64,000 nucleotides of DNA from Neodothiora populina. Taxonomy: Eukaryota. Position 1 is the first letter of the stretch. Each line of letters opens with the position of its first letter. The stretch spans positions 496,001 through 560,000 of the forward strand of contig NW_027191407.1 of the NCBI RefSeq assembly GCF_041146345.1. Reading direction: 5' to 3'. The position numbers and the translations under genes were made by a program. The notes beneath the pieces were generated by a model. The model worked only from the letters and a program-made list of their open reading frames with translations. It was not told the origin of the DNA and searched no databases. Below, piece by piece: positions 1-13,436 of this stretch.

Positions 1-2576
1 TTTACATGCTGGAGCAAAGGACACGGCGCACGAGATTGTCGCTGCCCTGGGCGAGATCGCCGGGTCGTATCGCGCCGAAGGTCTGCGTGAGGTCCTCGCT
101 GCTGGCGCCAACGGCACCGGGTCGAGCGGCCAGAAGACGGGCAAGATGCTGTACGAGTTCATGGCACAGGGCGACGACGAGGTCACCGTCGCCGTCGACG
201 ACGAAGTCTTTATTCTCGACGACACCAAGAGCGACGAGTGGTGGATGGTGCGCCGCCTCAAGAACGGCAAGGAGGGCGTCGTGCCCAGCAGTTATGTCGA
301 AGTCACGGGAAGCGTGCCTCTGCCCGCCAGCAGTGCCGGCCTGAACAGTGCCAGATCGACCGTGGAACAGAACCGGCTGGAGGAGCAGAGACTTGCCAAG
401 GAGGCTGTGAGATCCAGCAAGACCGACTCCAAAGCATCAGAGGTAGGCCCAGGGATTCCTTTGCCAGAGAGGCGCAGTAGTTTGGCAAGAGATAATAACA
501 GTCGCTCTGAGCAGAGAGGCAAACGTGATTCCAAGGACAAGAGTGACAAGCCGAGTGGGTTTTTTTATCTTTATTTTCTGATTCGTGTCACACGCTTACT
601 TACACCTCTTTTCTTTAGAACCCAATGCGGCAAGAGTCCGCACGTGGACCGACCGATCGGGCTCATTCAAGGTCGAAGCAGAGTTCATCGGCCTCAAGGA
701 CGGCAAGATTCATCTGCACAAGCAGAATGGAGTCAAGATCGCCGTTCCTGTGCAGAAGATGGCAATCGAAGATCTCGAGTATGTCGAGAGGGCGACCGGA
801 GTCTCACTCGACGACGACAAGCCTCTGTCCGACATCAAGCGAAGAAGCACGACCAGCAAGAAGGAAAAGTCCCAGCGCTCCGACGCTCAGGCTGGTGCTA
901 AGATTGAGCAGCCTCCTGGATATGACTGGTTCGACTTTTTCCTGGCAGCAGGCTGTAACCCGCAGATTTGTGAACGATACGCCCATGCCTTTTCTCGCGA
1001 CCAGATGGGCGAGGAGGTGCTCCCCGACGTGGATGCTCAGTTGCTGCGCACGCTTGGCTTAAAGGAAGGTGATATTCTGCGTGTCATGAAGTACCTCGAC
1101 AACAAATTCCAGAGGAACAAGACTGTCGAGGCTAGCGGTGAGACAAACGGAGAGGGCGGTTTGTTCTCTGGTCCTGGTGGGGCTCTTCGCAACAACACAA
1201 GGAAAGGCAGACCCGCTCCTGCTGTGCAGACCAACGATGTGGTTGACCCTGATGCCTTCAAACAAGCGACCGAGGGATCGCCCTCGAAATCTGTTCCTGC
1301 AGATGCCACCGCCACTCCTTTGACCTCAGCACCTGCCAGAGAACCCACCGTGTCAGGCTTCGACGATGATGCTTGGAACGTGAAGCCATCGAAATCACCA
1401 GTCTCTGCAGCTCCACCAGCACCTCCGGCTCCAGCCGCCGCTCCTGCACCTACCCCTGAGCCGCCGAAGCCAGAGCCGCCTAAGCTCACTCCTGGCATGT
1501 CTGAGTTGTCTCTTCTCAGTCCTGCGCTCCAACCTGCGCCAGCGCCTCAGGCGGCTCCCCAGCCCGCAGCGCAAGCACCACAGCCGCCTCAAGCTCCTCC
1601 TGGAGCCGATCCCGCTTTCTTCGATAAGCTCGCGCAAGCCACTCCCCTCCAGCAACAACTGACCGGAGCATCGCGTCAACGACCAATGCCTCCCATGCAG
1701 ACGGGCAATTCGTTGATCGCTCCACCGCCCGCTCGTGCAGCGTCTGCGCCTGGATTCCAGCAGCAGCAAGCGTCCGGTTTCGCCCCTCCACCATTGCAGC
1801 CACAAATGACAGGCTATCAAGCACCATCCGGACAGAGCCTGAATGACATCCGTCTGCAGCAGCAGTTCAACCAGCAACAGCAACAGCAGCAAGCAATGAT
1901 GCCGCAAATGACCGGTTACTCTCAACAACAGAACGGCATGATGCCACAGCAGACTGGCTTCCAGCCGCAACAGCAACAGCAACAGCCTGGCTTCATGATG
2001 TCACAGCCCACAGGCTTCCAGCAGCCAGGCTATCAGCAAGCAATCCAGAACGGCTCCATGACTGAGTCACCCTTTGCAGACCCCAACCCACGGGCTTCGT
2101 TCGCTCCTCAGCAAACCGGCTTCCAGCCCATGCAGCCACAGCAGACGGGCTTTGGTATGCAGCCGCAACAGACTGGCATCTCTGCCCTGCAGCCACAGCG
2201 GACTGGATTTGTGCCTCAGAGTGCATTCGGTCAGCACGTCACAGGCATGAACGGCTTCGGTCAACAGCAGAACATGCCCGGAGTGCCTCCGCTACCCCCA
2301 CTTCCGCTCGGGTTTCAACAAACACAGCCCACCGGGTTCGGCCAGAACACCACCAACCAATTCGGCAGCCTGGCTCCCCAGCCCACCGGTTTCCAGCAAC
2401 CCCAGCAGACGGGCTTCGGCTCTCAGCCTATGCAGCCTCTTGTACCACAGAAGACTGGTCCCGCACCGCCGATTCGCTTCGGTGTCCAGCCTGCTGCTAA
2501 CAAGCTCTCTGCTCAGCCCACGGGCAGGAGGGCTAATCTGGCCAATGCCACTGCTGCCAACCCCTTTGGATTCTAG
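1..2576 (+). CDS. SLA1: Actin cytoskeleton-regulatory complex / endocytic adaptor Sla1 (5' end outside window; intron 555-618)
   Basis: SH3 domain (LYEFMAQGDDEV...WWMVRR...GVVPSSYVE), SHD1 (RTWTDRSGSFKVEAEF...IHLHKQNGVKIAVP), SHD2/SAM-like (YDWFDFFL...LGLKEGDILRVMK), C-terminal QxTG repeats ending ANPFGF. A GT..AG intron at 555-618 joins ORFs 146-901 and 585-2576 in frame. Confidence 0.95.
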
Positions 2577-2910
2577 AAAGTTTTTCTTTTTCGGCCGTCG
2601 AGGACAACAAGGGCTGGCTAAACGAACGATGCTGCCTATAGGCATGGTCGAGAATATACCCCTTTCTCGTCGTCTTTTTGGTCGCTAGAGCTTGTAGTCG
2701 ACGTTCAAGTTTCCGTGGAGTACATGACTTCTACACAGTCTCCACAGGATCGGTGAGACCAGGGTAGGAAAAGGGGACAAGGATGGATGTATGAGTGGTT
2801 GGAACCCCAGTCGATAGGGACCAGGATAAAGACAAGGCATATAGCTAGTTAGCCAGGAGAGAAGAACCATGAACAAGAGGGTGGAGCTGGGGTTTAGGGG
2901 AGTGGGAAGG

Positions 2911-2916
2911 AAGAAG

Positions 2917-2946
<30 letters not shown>
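2911..2946. repeat. (AAG)12 microsatellite
   Basis: Perfect AAG run downstream of SLA1. Confidence 0.95.
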
Positions 2947-2947
<1 letters not shown>

Positions 2948-3503
2948 TTTGTATATAAACATGTAGTCGGTTCGAAGTCTTCATTTCTGTCTCTGTCTCT
3001 GTTTCCCTCTCTCGTGGTGTGTGCGTGTCTCCTTCGGCCTGTTTGTTTACTAATATACTTCGGCCATTGTACTCGTAGCATCTCTCGACGCACATGCTCG
3101 GTTCGATCATTTTTGGGTAGGGACGGACGGATTTGCACTACGGTTTTGCATACCTACTTGGTCAGACTCGATGACTCGATGGGTCCACAAAAGGAAGTGA
3201 TGATGGGATTACTTGAATACTTGGATACATTGATCATGAATGTACTTGGTTATCAATATCTGTGAACCACCATTTCTCACGGAAAGAAAAGAAAGGAAAA
3301 GGGGGATCCACTGTATACTGTTGAAGAGTACGCTCCTCGCCATCAGCCTCATTACCATCTCTCCAATTTTCCACTTGTCATTATGCCCGATCCATCGATC
3401 GTCCTCTCCTCCTATTTCCTCTTATCAAGTCACGGAGTCTCATACGAGCCCCCATCAGTGGTCCAACAAGGCTTGTTTCCACAAAAGGCTGCAACGCAAA
3501 CTC

Positions 3504-4897
3504 TCAGATACCCAACTTCGCAAGCGCCGTCTCGACAAGACTGACCCCAAAGAAAGGCGGCAGCATATACGCGCCCGAGTTCGCATAGCCCTCGAACCAA
3601 AACGTGCCACTGACGCTCACGAAGGCGATCGTCCAGAGATATCCGATCCAATACCCGACCTGCTGCTGTTGCTTTGTGGCACCAAAGCCCGTCGCGCCCT
3701 TGACGATCTTGACAATCGTCTCTTCGACCCAGATGGCGACGGCTTGCGACATGAAGAAGTTCCAGTCGGCTAGCTGGTCGCCGCCCGCCATGTGGGTGGC
3801 GTATGCGTGCACCACGTAGGCGACGAAGAAGGCGCTGAAGACTTTGGAGTAGTTGGATATGTAGCTGCCTTTTTTGATGTGGAGGATGTTGTGCACGATG
3901 TAGTTTGTGGGGGGCTCGGCTATGGGGCGCAGCATCTGGTGCCAGGTGTGGCTGTAGGATCCGGTGGTTAGAGATGAATAGACGGACAGACGATCGTCAG
4001 GATGAAGGAGAAGAACAAGAAGAACAAGAAGACTTACGACCAGAATCTTCGGACCGTGTATGCGTCTCTCTTCTTACCCATCAGAGGTGGGTAGTCGGAT
4101 GGGTTGTACAGACCTATCCCGACGAACACGCTCGCTGCAATGCTGTATATCAAGTCCATGGCCAGGCGGCTACCGTAGAAGATCAAAACACCGCGGAAGA
4201 GTCGAAGATGGACTGGAGCTGCCGTGATACCTAGTCGACCGATTGGAGAGGGATCGCTCATGGGCGTGGTGCGGATATATGACATGGTGAGATCAATGGC
4301 GATGGTCCGCCAGATTGCACCGCATAGATTTTCGACTACGAATCTGAAACGTGGGTAGTCTGCTGGCTTCCCTCCAGGTATCTTCTTTGCTTGGTAGTTC
4401 CTGATTACAACACAGTCTCAGCACTGATGCTCGCTGCGGACAGGCAACAGAATCATATATGGACTACTGAACACTTACCATCCAACACCACGGACTGCAA
4501 GCAATCCAATCTCCAAGGCGTCCATGAAGCGAGCCCATGACGAAGATACTTGGGCAACAACAACTTTGTCGATGCCGGCAAGATCTTTCTCTGACGCAGG
4601 CTTGACAGGATCCTTGGGGATTCGAGTGAACTCTTCGGCTTTCACAAGTAAGAGGCCGTTGATCAGGCGTGCAGCTTGAATCAGAAGTTGGGTACCAAAG
4701 TTGTAGATGAGCATGTAGTCTCCGGCTGGAGGTCTGCGTATGAAATGAACAAGGCAATAAGAACTATACGAGAGAGCAACCACACTTAGTAGAGGTTTGC
4801 GATACACTACGCTAGTGCCAAGCAGGACCTGCAAGCAAGGTAACACCCATGGTGGAGGAGGTGGCCGCTGAGCATTGAGTACGTGAGAAGCATCCAT
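3504..4897 (-). CDS. Membrane-bound O-acyltransferase (MBOAT_2 / wax synthase-like); introns 4401-4478 and 3952-4037
   Basis: Spliced product reads RGVGWNYQAKKIP ... YPPLMG..DAYTVRRFWSHTWHQMLRP ... AFFVAYVVHA ... FFMSQAVAIWVE ... IGYLWT. These are hallmark motifs of fungal wax-synthase-domain MBOATs. Both introns have GTAAGT donors and CAG acceptors. Confidence 0.85.
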
Positions 4898-5084
4898 GTC
4901 TGGGAAATTGGAGGAGCAGAACAACAGCAAACGAGTGAAGAGCAAGACGAAAAACAGAAGTATGGAGCTCCACTTGTTCTTAAGTCGACGGCAGACTATA
5001 GGTATGCAACCTGATAGGTCCAAATGCGGTGCTCATCAATTCACTCTACCCCTCTTCATCGTCAATTTTTCCTTGAATATCCCA

Positions 5085-5396
5085 GGATAGGGCCTCCATA
5101 ATCGGCCATACCAATTGATGCGTTGCATGTTCGTTGCGAGCTATGCTACCGGCGGCCTCTAAAGACTGGAGAGGAACTAGGAACTGTAGGCAGCTCCCAG
5201 GCATGAGCGGCGTCAATCGTTCCTTCGGTACCTTAGCCTAGGATAGAGCCTAGGATAGAGCCTCGATGATTGGTCATGCCAGTTGATGCGTTACATGTTC
5301 GTTGCATGTTCGTTGCGAGACATACAATCACTACTACCGGCGTCCTCTAACGACTGTGGAGACCAAGTGATAGTTTGCGACCCTTCAGGCATGAGC
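5085..5396. repeat. Degenerate direct duplication, period about 168 bp (copies about 5085-5208 and 5253-5396)
   Basis: Shared blocks ggatagRgcctc..., ttgatgcgttRcatgttcgttgcgag, ctaccggcg.cctctaa.gactg and caggcatgagc. Confidence 0.8.
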
Positions 5397-6142
5397 ACTT
5401 GCTTACAATTCCTCAGGGAGATATGTTGCTAGGCTACAGCCACCAATCCGCTAGGTGGATTCTGGCCACAGTGAATCCATGATCGAACCTTGATGGCAGA
5501 ATACGGTAGGTGGGGGGAGATTATTGCCAGACACTATAGGTCGTTAGAAGAGGTGGGTGTGAAGCAGTAAGATAAGGTGATACCCTTTATGCTCGGCAGG
5601 AACGAAAGGCCGGGGACCGATGTGAAACCGCTCGGTACGGGTGCGGGTAGACCCGAGCGCAAAGGTTTGGCGGGGCAAGAGCTGTAAACTGCCCTGTGGA
5701 AGCTGCACCTGCCGGGTGAGCAGCAAAGCTTCAGTGCAAAGTGCAAAGTGCAAGACCCTGAATTTGCTTAGGGCAAACAGAGCCTTGTGCAAACTCCAAA
5801 GTGCAGGTGCGGGCGGGACTGTTGTTGTCAAGTTTCCTGAAACGTCACAAACAAAACAAGACAAGAGGCCCCTTCCTCGCTGAGTTCCTCCCTTGCACAA
5901 GACTTACTATCCCTCGCCACACGCCCAGCGACATTTATATACGTTCACTTGGTTTTCTTTCCGAAGACTGTATCATCCGGAACTCGAGACTACTTACCGA
6001 GTTATCCACAAAGTCCGTTTTCAGCGTGACGCACACAAAAACAAACGGGATCGCATCCTTCATCTTTCTTGATTCCAGATCCACCCGCACAATCAGACGC
6101 CCCTTGTAGAGTGGAGGATAACACAGCAAGATCATCATTGCA

Positions 6143-8062
6143 ATGGCAGGAGTCTACACATCCTTTCTCAGCTCGCCGAGCGCCGCGGCCCTGGCTCCGG
6201 ATGCAACGCTTCACTACATCACAACCACGGTTTCCATCCATGAGCCCGCAGCCATCATGAAACATATACAGGCTCAAGAGAAGCTCGTCAAGAAGAAGAG
6301 CGAGACGATCCTTAGTACTATTGTTTCCAACTCTGCCATTGTCGTCGAGACGGCGACGGTCTATGAATTCGTTAGGGGAGGAGGGGCTCTCCTTCCTTCG
6401 ATGGATGACAACTTCCTCGTCGACTCGGTCGTGACTATCCCAATGGTCCGTTCGCTGATAGGTCTGGTCCAGAACCGGAGAAGAAGAAATCGCTGACTTT
6501 CGAACAGGTTCACATCGTTCAACTGGACGCTGCGGGCAAGATTGACCAGATCCGCCTTTACTGGGACCAAGGTACTATGCTGAGACAGGTTGATGCTATC
6601 GGCAGGACAGGGCGTAACTGGCCCATCAGAGACGGCAGCACCATGGCGAAACTCGTCAAGGACAGTGTCTCTTCGTCCAAGAGCGGTGGCGCCTCCCAGG
6701 CAGCCGCCAGACCCTCATCCAAGGCAGACGAAGTTACCATCACCAGCAGGCCCATGTCATCCAAGAGCAGAGACGGCCAGGACTTCCACACTCGTCTCTT
6801 CGCCACTGGAGATGATTCGGAACGCCCCAGCAGCGGCAACAGCGATTCTTCCGTCCCTACTCGCACTTCGGCCAAGCCCGCTCCCCGCCAGTGGGCAGAG
6901 ATCTTCCCCAACGGTCCACCACCTGACAAGGTCGAAGGCGCAAAGCCCAAGGTTGGTTCTAGCAAGAACTTCGGCCAGAACAGACTTTTTGACGAGAACG
7001 CCCCCCATGATCAGCCCCTATCTCCCGAGAGTCGCAGATCCAACCCCGCCAAGTTTGACCACTTTGAGCTCGGAAACGGCGAAGATGCTGCGCCCATAGA
7101 CCCCAACAGGCCTCCCTCGGCACACGCGAAGAAGCACCAGAGCACGTGGGATCTTGAAGATATGAACACTGTCCCCAAGTTCAATCCAAAGTCTCAGCCC
7201 GCCATGGAGCGCCACTTTGGATATGGCATCGACGACGTAAGAATGAGATTAGTTCTGTTTATTCAGAGGTTTGATTACTGACACGATTGTTCGCCAGGAC
7301 GCTCCGCCTACCCCTGCGACACGCCCAGTTGTTCACGCACCTCGTCCTGATGCTAACCCTCACTTTGACATGAATGACGCGCCTTCTCCAACCGTACAGC
7401 GCCAGCTCAGAGAAACCCGTCCCGATGCTCTGGCCACCCATCTCAAGACCGAACGTGGTGTCTTGACTGCCGAAGAGAAACGACCATTAGGGGTCAACAA
7501 CAACACCAGCAACGTCCGTCGCGCTGCTGATCTCAGCATTCACTACACCTCGACCGACGCTGATGAGGGTGAAAACGACGAGAATGACAACCGCCAGACT
7601 GGTCGTAACACAAAGTCCAACTCCAGACTTGAGAATGACAAGTCCCACTGGCGCATCGACGAGACTCCGGAGAAGGTCGGCAAGATCTACAAGACTGCTG
7701 GTGATGGCATGGGCGGCCGCAAGGACTCCAGCCGCTCTTGGATGATCGGAGGAGACGAGCCACTAGCCAAGGAAGCCAAGATCTACAAGACATACGGCAA
7801 CGGCATGGGTGGAAGGAGAGACCAGGCTCCGAGCTGGAGCTGGGGCGACAGAGATGACCAGGTCGAAGATGATAGCAAGGACCGCAAGATCTACAAGACT
7901 GCAGGAAACGGCATGGGCAGCCGCAAAGCACAAGAGCTGTCGCACGACCACGACGATGATGACTATGCTGATGCCGGTCACTCCAGATTCGCGACCTCGA
8001 GACACACATCCTCGCGAAAGGTCAACGAGCTCTCCTCGCATGCAACTCAGGAAGACTTTTGA
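6143..8062 (+). CDS. Conserved fungal protein with N-terminal NTF2-like domain and disordered repeat-rich C-terminus; introns 6446-6507 and 7237-7297
   Basis: Three ORFs join in frame via GT-AG introns with ctgac branch sites. N-terminus ...GGGALLPSMDDNFL...VHIVQLD..GKIDQIRLYWDQGTMLRQVDAIG resembles fungal NTF2-like proteins. Three KIYKTxGxGMGxR repeats near the C-terminus. Confidence 0.75.
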
Positions 8063-9330
8063 TGGACTACAGCATCGCGCCGTCCCTGTGGAGCAGACAT
8101 GCGGATATGTATATGGAGTCGAGAATTGTCTTGAGTGTGCTGGTGGGGTTCTTGCTTCGGAGCCGAAGTGGGGAGAGAGTAGAGCATGTCAAGTTGATTA
8201 GTGCTCACTCTGATCGTGACGAGTGGCAGTTGTGAATATCTGCTCCAAAGGCATGATGTGTCAACGCTTTTTCTGCTTTAGTCTCGGTATACTCGACGGA
8301 CCCTGGCTGGTCATCTTTCTCTATTCGTACATGACCGTATAGGGGCGTTTTTCTTTGGTGTCAGGAGTCCTCTCAGCTGGAAATGTCGGCGACGGGGCTG
8401 ATGGGCAGGACATGTCAGACTTTGTAGTTGACACTTTTCGTATTTTCTTCTATCACATCGTAATTGCTATAATCCACTCTCAATCACTCACAGATCCCCA
8501 CTTAAGGCTATGATATTGTGCGAGCATTCGCCATCTTCAATCAAACAAAGCAATTTACCATGCACCTCGTAACATGTGCATAGGCAATACCTTGATCGAG
8601 AGACAAGCGATCGTGACTCAAGACATCAAGGTCGTTGTTTGAGAAACCCCACGCCAGGGTCGCCCTACCGCTTGTTAACGCTTCAGCGGATACCAGATTA
8701 ACCTACTGCGTCTCAGGCATACAAAACCGACTGGGATATCGACCAATCATCAGAATGTTCAGGATCCATCTGTAGGTTGGACCATACCACATTCTGTAAG
8801 GCGACCGGGCTGCCGAATGTAGGTTGTCGTTATTAGTTAGAAGCTCAACTAAAGGGATGAACGACGCTTATTCCACCAGGCCCATCTTTTCACAATGGCA
8901 GAGCGTATCACGGTAGACAGCTTAAGATACTTGTAGTTCCGACAGCTACCTTGGCACATACCTTAATCAACACCATTACCGCACTCTGCGAAGAAGCCTA
9001 GTGTCCAGCACTGGCTGGCATAACACGCCCAGAAGGACCGCCTCGGTCTGGACTATTGTATAGTACTTGCACCTTGCAATTTCTCTTCGCCTACCAGTCG
9101 CCAGATCTTACATGTTTTCGACTAGGCATGCTAAGATACAGTGAAGTAAGGTGATTAAGGTACAGCCTGATAAGAGCCATCCCATTCCTATGGGCTCGGC
9201 AGCAACAGCACAATAATCTCAAACAAACGCGTCCCACGCCTCGCATGAACCTGCTACAAGAGGCCTAGTGCAGCACCCCCACCGCAATGCCGCCAAGATA
9301 ATAAAAGCAGCAGGCCGCCATGTGTGGCAC

Positions 9331-9378
9331 AAGCAAGTGAAGCAAGTGAAGCAAGTGAAGCAAGTGAAGCAAGCAAGC
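9331..9378. repeat. 9-bp tandem repeat (AAGCAAGTG)4+
   Basis: aagcaagtg x4 followed by aagcaagcaagc. Confidence 0.9.
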
Positions 9379-10505
9379 TTGAACCAGCGGTTCGCGTCGT
9401 GTGTCAGTTGGTAAGGTATCGAGGATTGGTTGATTGTGGGATATTCTCTTATCTCTGGGCGGCGGCGGGGGGAACCAGTATACCTAAGGTAATTACCTAG
9501 TGTGGCTTCTTGGCAGGCACAGTCAACGTCAATCCGGACCGACCGACGACGTTGCTCGCGAGCTCGCTCTTCTGCACACTTGCACTCGCACTTGCACTTG
9601 CGCCATGGCTTTTGCTTATCACTTTTCCGTTGCGCTTCCTCTTGACACGCACCCTCGTTTTAGGCTCTCTCGAGGTACAGTACCTTGCCCTGCCCTGCCT
9701 TATCCTTGGCTACCTATATGGTACTGCCTATGCGAGGACTTTCACCAGGTAAGGTGGGTAAGTCAATTCTATGCGATCTTTTCGACTCCCATACTATGCA
9801 CTGCCCACAAAGCTGCGCTGTACTGTACTCTCGACTCGGCGGCGGATCATGCCGTGCGTGACTGATCGTCATCGTCGTGATTCTACGTAGTTGCTTTCGC
9901 GTACAAGAACAGCAGTAAAAGAACCGAAAGTACTGTAGTAGTAAGGGACTGTAGTAGGTGATGTCTACTGGCTAGACATGCCTTTCGCGTACTAGTGTGA
10001 AGCTTGTTCTCACTTGTGCTACTGTAAGGATCCAATGGAGATCTCTCTTTGCTGTGTGGTCTGGCTGGCTGGGCTTTTTTTATCTCTTGGAGATTTCGTT
10101 ATCTATACCTAGGCCTGGCATCCCCTGTGCCGTGTCTGTGGTATCTACAGTATCTTTTCTAGAACAAGAACGCCCGCCCACCCATAGATAGGTGAAAAGA
10201 TGACAGGGCGGAATACTTAATAACATGCTAGGTAGGTCCTTTTTGCTTCTCTTTCACTCTTGCTGTTCACTTCTTCTATATGTAATTCTTGTTACACATG
10301 ACACGAGGATACTTGCATGTATAGTACACGACGATAGCCTTTGCTCTTGAAACTACAGTACTACTACCCCTCATTCTCGCCAATCTTGCTACCATTTACC
10401 TCGAAACTCGATACGAGGTGTTCTGTTACATAACTTGATCATATCATTCCATATTTTTAATTACCCTTTTGGTGTTGAACATCACAAAAACCACTAAACA
10501 CAACC

Positions 10506-12568
10506 ATGGCCGAACGAGCGCATTCCGTGCACTCGAGCCACCACAGGAAATCAGTCGCCCACGAGCCCGTGACGTCTGTCCTCAAAGCCGGAGAAGTGGT
10601 CTACGACCCGGAGAACCCAGACCACGAATGGAACGCTGATGAAGAAGTCCTGGCCGCGCTGGGGTACAAGCCCGAGTTCAAGAGAGAGTTCAATCTCTGG
10701 ACGACGTTTTGTGTTTCCTTTGCTGTCTTGGGCTTGTTGCCGAGTTTTGCTAGTACGCTTTACTATGGTATGGGATATGCTGGTACTGCAGGTGAGTCTA
10801 TTTGTCTTGTCTTCCTGCTGTGCAATCGAGTTGGAATGGTAGACTGCACTGGGTCTGGTGGTCTGGTGGTCTGTTGCACTCGATGGGAATGTGGCTGCGA
10901 GAGACGCTATCAAGGCTTGGGCTTGCACGCATACCACTGCTTAGACCAATCCTTGTAATGTCAACGTGATCATAGAGCAATTGCTGATATTGCAATCTAG
11001 GCATGACATGGGGTTGGCTCGTGGCGATGATCGGTATCCAGGCAGTAGCGGCGTCGATGGCAGAACTCTGCAGCAGTATGCCCACGTCCGGCGGTCTGTA
11101 TTACGCATCCGCAGTGCTAGCACCCAAGGGATGGGGACCCTTCGCCGCGTGGATAACAGGCTGGTCGAATTGGCTCGGTCAAATCACTGGCGCCCCTTCG
11201 GTCAACTACGGAACGGCGTCAATGATTCTAGCTGCTGGCAGCATCTCCAATCCTTCATATGTTCCGCAGAACTACCATGTCTACCTCTTGACCGTGTTGA
11301 TCATGCTTATCCACGGCTGCATGGCGTCTTTGCCGACTCGGACACTCGCACGGATCAACAGTGCTGGTAGCACTTTCAACATGATTGCTCTCGTGGTAGT
11401 CATCATTCTTATTCCAGCTGGGACAAACCGTACAGACCAGGATCTACCTCGCTTCACATCAAGCTCGGAAGTCTGGGGCACCATCTACCCCGGCACGGAC
11501 TACCCTTCAGGCGTTAGTGTACTCATGTCGTTCATCGGTGTCATCTGGACCATGTCAGGATATGACAGCCCCTTCCACTTGGCAGAAGAATGCAGCAACG
11601 CCAACATTGCCGCTCCACGTGCCATCTTTCTCACCTCAGCAGTCGGCGGTCTATTCGGTTGGTTTTTGCAGCTTGTAGTCGCATATACGGTCGTCGACAT
11701 CACCGCAGCGTTGGAATCTGACTTGGGACAGCCGTTCGCGGCCTACTTGACACAAGTCCTACCTTACAGAATGGTCATGGCAGTTTTGTCGCTGACCATC
11801 ATCGCTGGCTTCGCCATGGGACAAGGATGCACGCTCGCTGCATCGCGAGTCACATTTGCTTACGCAAGAGACGACTGCTTCCCCTTGTCCAATATCTGGA
11901 AGAAGGTCAATCCACTGACCAGAACACCGGTCAATGCCGTCTGGTTCAACACCACTATTGGTTGCCTCATACTCCTTCTCATCTTCGGTGGCTCTCTGGC
12001 CGCAGGCGCTTTGTTTTCCATCGGAGCCATTGCCGCTTTCGTCGCCTTCACCACACCTGTTTTCATCCGAGTCGCATTTGTGGGAGGCAACTTCCGTCCC
12101 GGTCCTTGGAACCTGGGCAAATTCTCTGTTCCGATCGGTATCGTCGCGTCGTGCTTCACTGCGCTCATGGTGCCTATTTTGTGTCTGCCGGCCGTGACTG
12201 GGTCAGACCTAGACACCGCATCAATGAAGTGAGTTTTGTGTATCCTTTTCCTTTATTTCCATTGATGTCTATAATACTAATCAATTTCAAACAGCTGGAC
12301 CGTCCTCGTCTACGGAGGCCCCATGTTCGCAATCTGCATCTGGTGGATCGTATCAGCGCGTAAATGGTTCAAAGGACCCAAAGTCAACGTGCAACACCTC
12401 ATGCTCGGAAGAGATGTCGAAGGGGAGTACACGATTGATGGACAAGAGGTTTCCGAGTCATCTGGCAGTGATGGTGGCTCCGCGGGGGTTGTTTCTGGCA
12501 AGGCCGCCGAGGCTGCTTCTAATGGTGCTGTTGGTGCTGGGAGCGAGGCTAAGGGATTAGATCTGTAA
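10506..12568 (+). CDS. APC-superfamily amino acid/GABA/polyamine permease (ACT family, Uga4/Tpo5-like); introns 10792-11000 and 12229-12294
   Basis: LGYKPEFKREF, SMAELCSSMPTSGGLYY, WITGWSNWLG, GYDSPFHLAEE, SRVTFAYARD, PGPWNLG, MNWT..., WFKGPK motifs. Many hydrophobic segments. Introns restore the frame. Confidence 0.93.
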
Positions 12569-13436
12569 AAATCTTGCTCTTCTTGTTTCGAATGTTGTTT
12601 TTCCTGTTTGAATGGTTAACATTCTCAGTTTTGGCTATTTTTGCTTATTAGCGGGTAGCGGCGGTGATTGCTGTATGTATGTGTAAACGACCACCTGACT
12701 GTCTGCTTGAAGCGTGTTTTGCGTATGCATATACATTGTGTGTTGCGTGAACGTTGAGTATGGACGTACATTGCATATAGTGTGTCCGATTCCACTGTTA
12801 TCGAAACATTGAAGAATGAGACACGTGAAGAAAGTGGGAAGTTGCACTACGAATGTGTATTTCTTTTGACCGAAAACATGATAAGTGGATGAACAAATAG
12901 GTGGATGAGTGAAGGAATGAAGCACTTAGAGTAGGTACCCATTTTCCTCACTTGGGGTTGAAAATTAGCCGCAAGGAAAGGAGAAGGAGCGAAATCACTT
13001 AATACTGTACGTTGAAATTCGTGCGAACAAGCACAAATAGTGGAAAAGAAAACACTTGGACAAACCTCATAGTACTGAACTCACAGAAGACGACGATATC
13101 GCTCCTGTTCATCTGCTTTGAAAAACATCATTGCTTGTACACAGTTTTGGCGGATGCGGTGTTTCGAGGTGAACATGGAAAAAAAGGAAATAAAGGCCTA
13201 GTTACAATAATGGGGGGATCTCATCTCTCCCGTGCTCCACACACCTTGTCATTTCTACTACTCGTCAAACTCCTGCTACTAATACCACTGCCACATCGAC
13301 AACATTTGAAGTAGCTCTCGCCTCTCGAAGCAGAGCTGGCTTTTTCTTTTCTACAACGACACTGCACACTAGGTATGCACAACATCCACCATTTGTGCTC
13401 TCTAGCGGAATCTCTTTCTGCTAGAAAATTGGTTGC

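Noticed and set aside
1790..2460. Repetitive CAG-rich DNA resembling a repeat array
   Set aside because: It encodes the known Sla1 C-terminal Gln-rich QxTG repeats.
7680..7930. Three ~40-bp direct repeats with unique spacers, superficially CRISPR-like
   Set aside because: The repeats are in-frame coding motifs varying at synonymous positions in a eukaryotic gene. No cas genes are present.
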